Source of the DNA: an uncultured Gammaproteobacteria bacterium
GTDB taxonomy: Bacteria; Patescibacteriota; Microgenomatia; Levybacterales; GWA1-39-11
Direction of reading: 5' to 3'
NCBI GenBank assembly: GCA_964589835.1
Contig: CAZPUU010000001.1
Coordinates: forward strand, 1-44,565
Length of the DNA: 44,565 nucleotides
Shown piece by piece: positions 44,517 through 44,565 of this stretch (its first letter is position 1; the number at the start of each line of letters is the position of its first letter). Below the pieces are notes generated by a model, which was not told where the DNA came from, searched no databases, and worked only from the letters and a program-made list of their open reading frames with translations. The position numbers and the translations under genes were made by a program.

Positions 44517-44565
44517 GGAATTATTATATACAATTCAGACTTTTAATAACATATCGCTTGAAAAG
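44517..44565 (-). promoter_or_regulatory. Possible promoter with -10 box immediately upstream of 43761..44516 (near-leaderless)
   Basis: There is a minus-strand TATAAT at 44529..44524, only 7 nt from the ATG at 44516. No good -35 element. The region is cut by the window edge. Confidence 0.25.

Noticed and set aside
1-44565. Alternative genetic code (UGA recoding, as in some CPR lineages)
   Set aside because: All long ORFs are intact under the standard code. TGA clearly functions as a stop in the ATGA junctions, for example at 19155..19157 and 24244..24246, where the paralog lengths agree (both family C proteins are 656 aa).
1-44565. CRISPR arrays, tRNA/rRNA/ncRNA genes, transposases, integrases, inverted-repeat-bounded elements, and DNA-level repeats from recent duplication
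   Set aside because: No non-coding stretch exceeds 133 nt. No spacer-repeat periodicity or recombinase-like ORF was seen. The paralogs resemble each other only at the protein-motif level, and I noticed no long nucleotide repeats. My scan was by eye, so a dot-plot would be definitive.

Overview
AT-rich bacterial fragment that is about 99% coding by my own addition of the gaps. I call 32 CDS and saw no RNA genes, CRISPR arrays or mobile elements. The window is essentially one large envelope-glycosylation island. 21 of the 32 CDS (about 34.8 of 44.6 kb) encode large polytopic membrane proteins with GT-C-like architecture, in at least seven sequence families: six 'WDEA..GYNAYS' PMT_2/ArnT-like paralogs (three in tandem), one classic ArnT-like, one minimal PMT/GT39-like, one divergent pair, two GT87/DUF2029-like, three YfhO-family, four COG5617/'PTPS-related'-like, and a pair of exactly 656-aa proteins I cannot place in a named family. 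Interleaved with them are three mutually divergent DPM1/GtrB-type polyprenyl-phosphate-sugar-synthase-like GT2s, four other GT2s, one GT4, one Wzx-like flippase, one SDR epimerase and one small 2-TM protein. The genes form four tightly coupled transcription units: minus 18074->1, minus 35206->18403, plus 35340->41038, and minus 44516->41031. There are ten 4-nt ATGA-type start/stop overlaps, and both convergent junctions share a palindromic stop. My reading (inference) is a previously undescribed, very large extracytoplasmic glycan or glycoconjugate assembly system fed by lipid-linked sugars, most likely in a Candidate Phyla Radiation (Microgenomates-like) bacterium. Product and acceptor are unknown. 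All family calls come from motif recognition by eye, and no searches were run.
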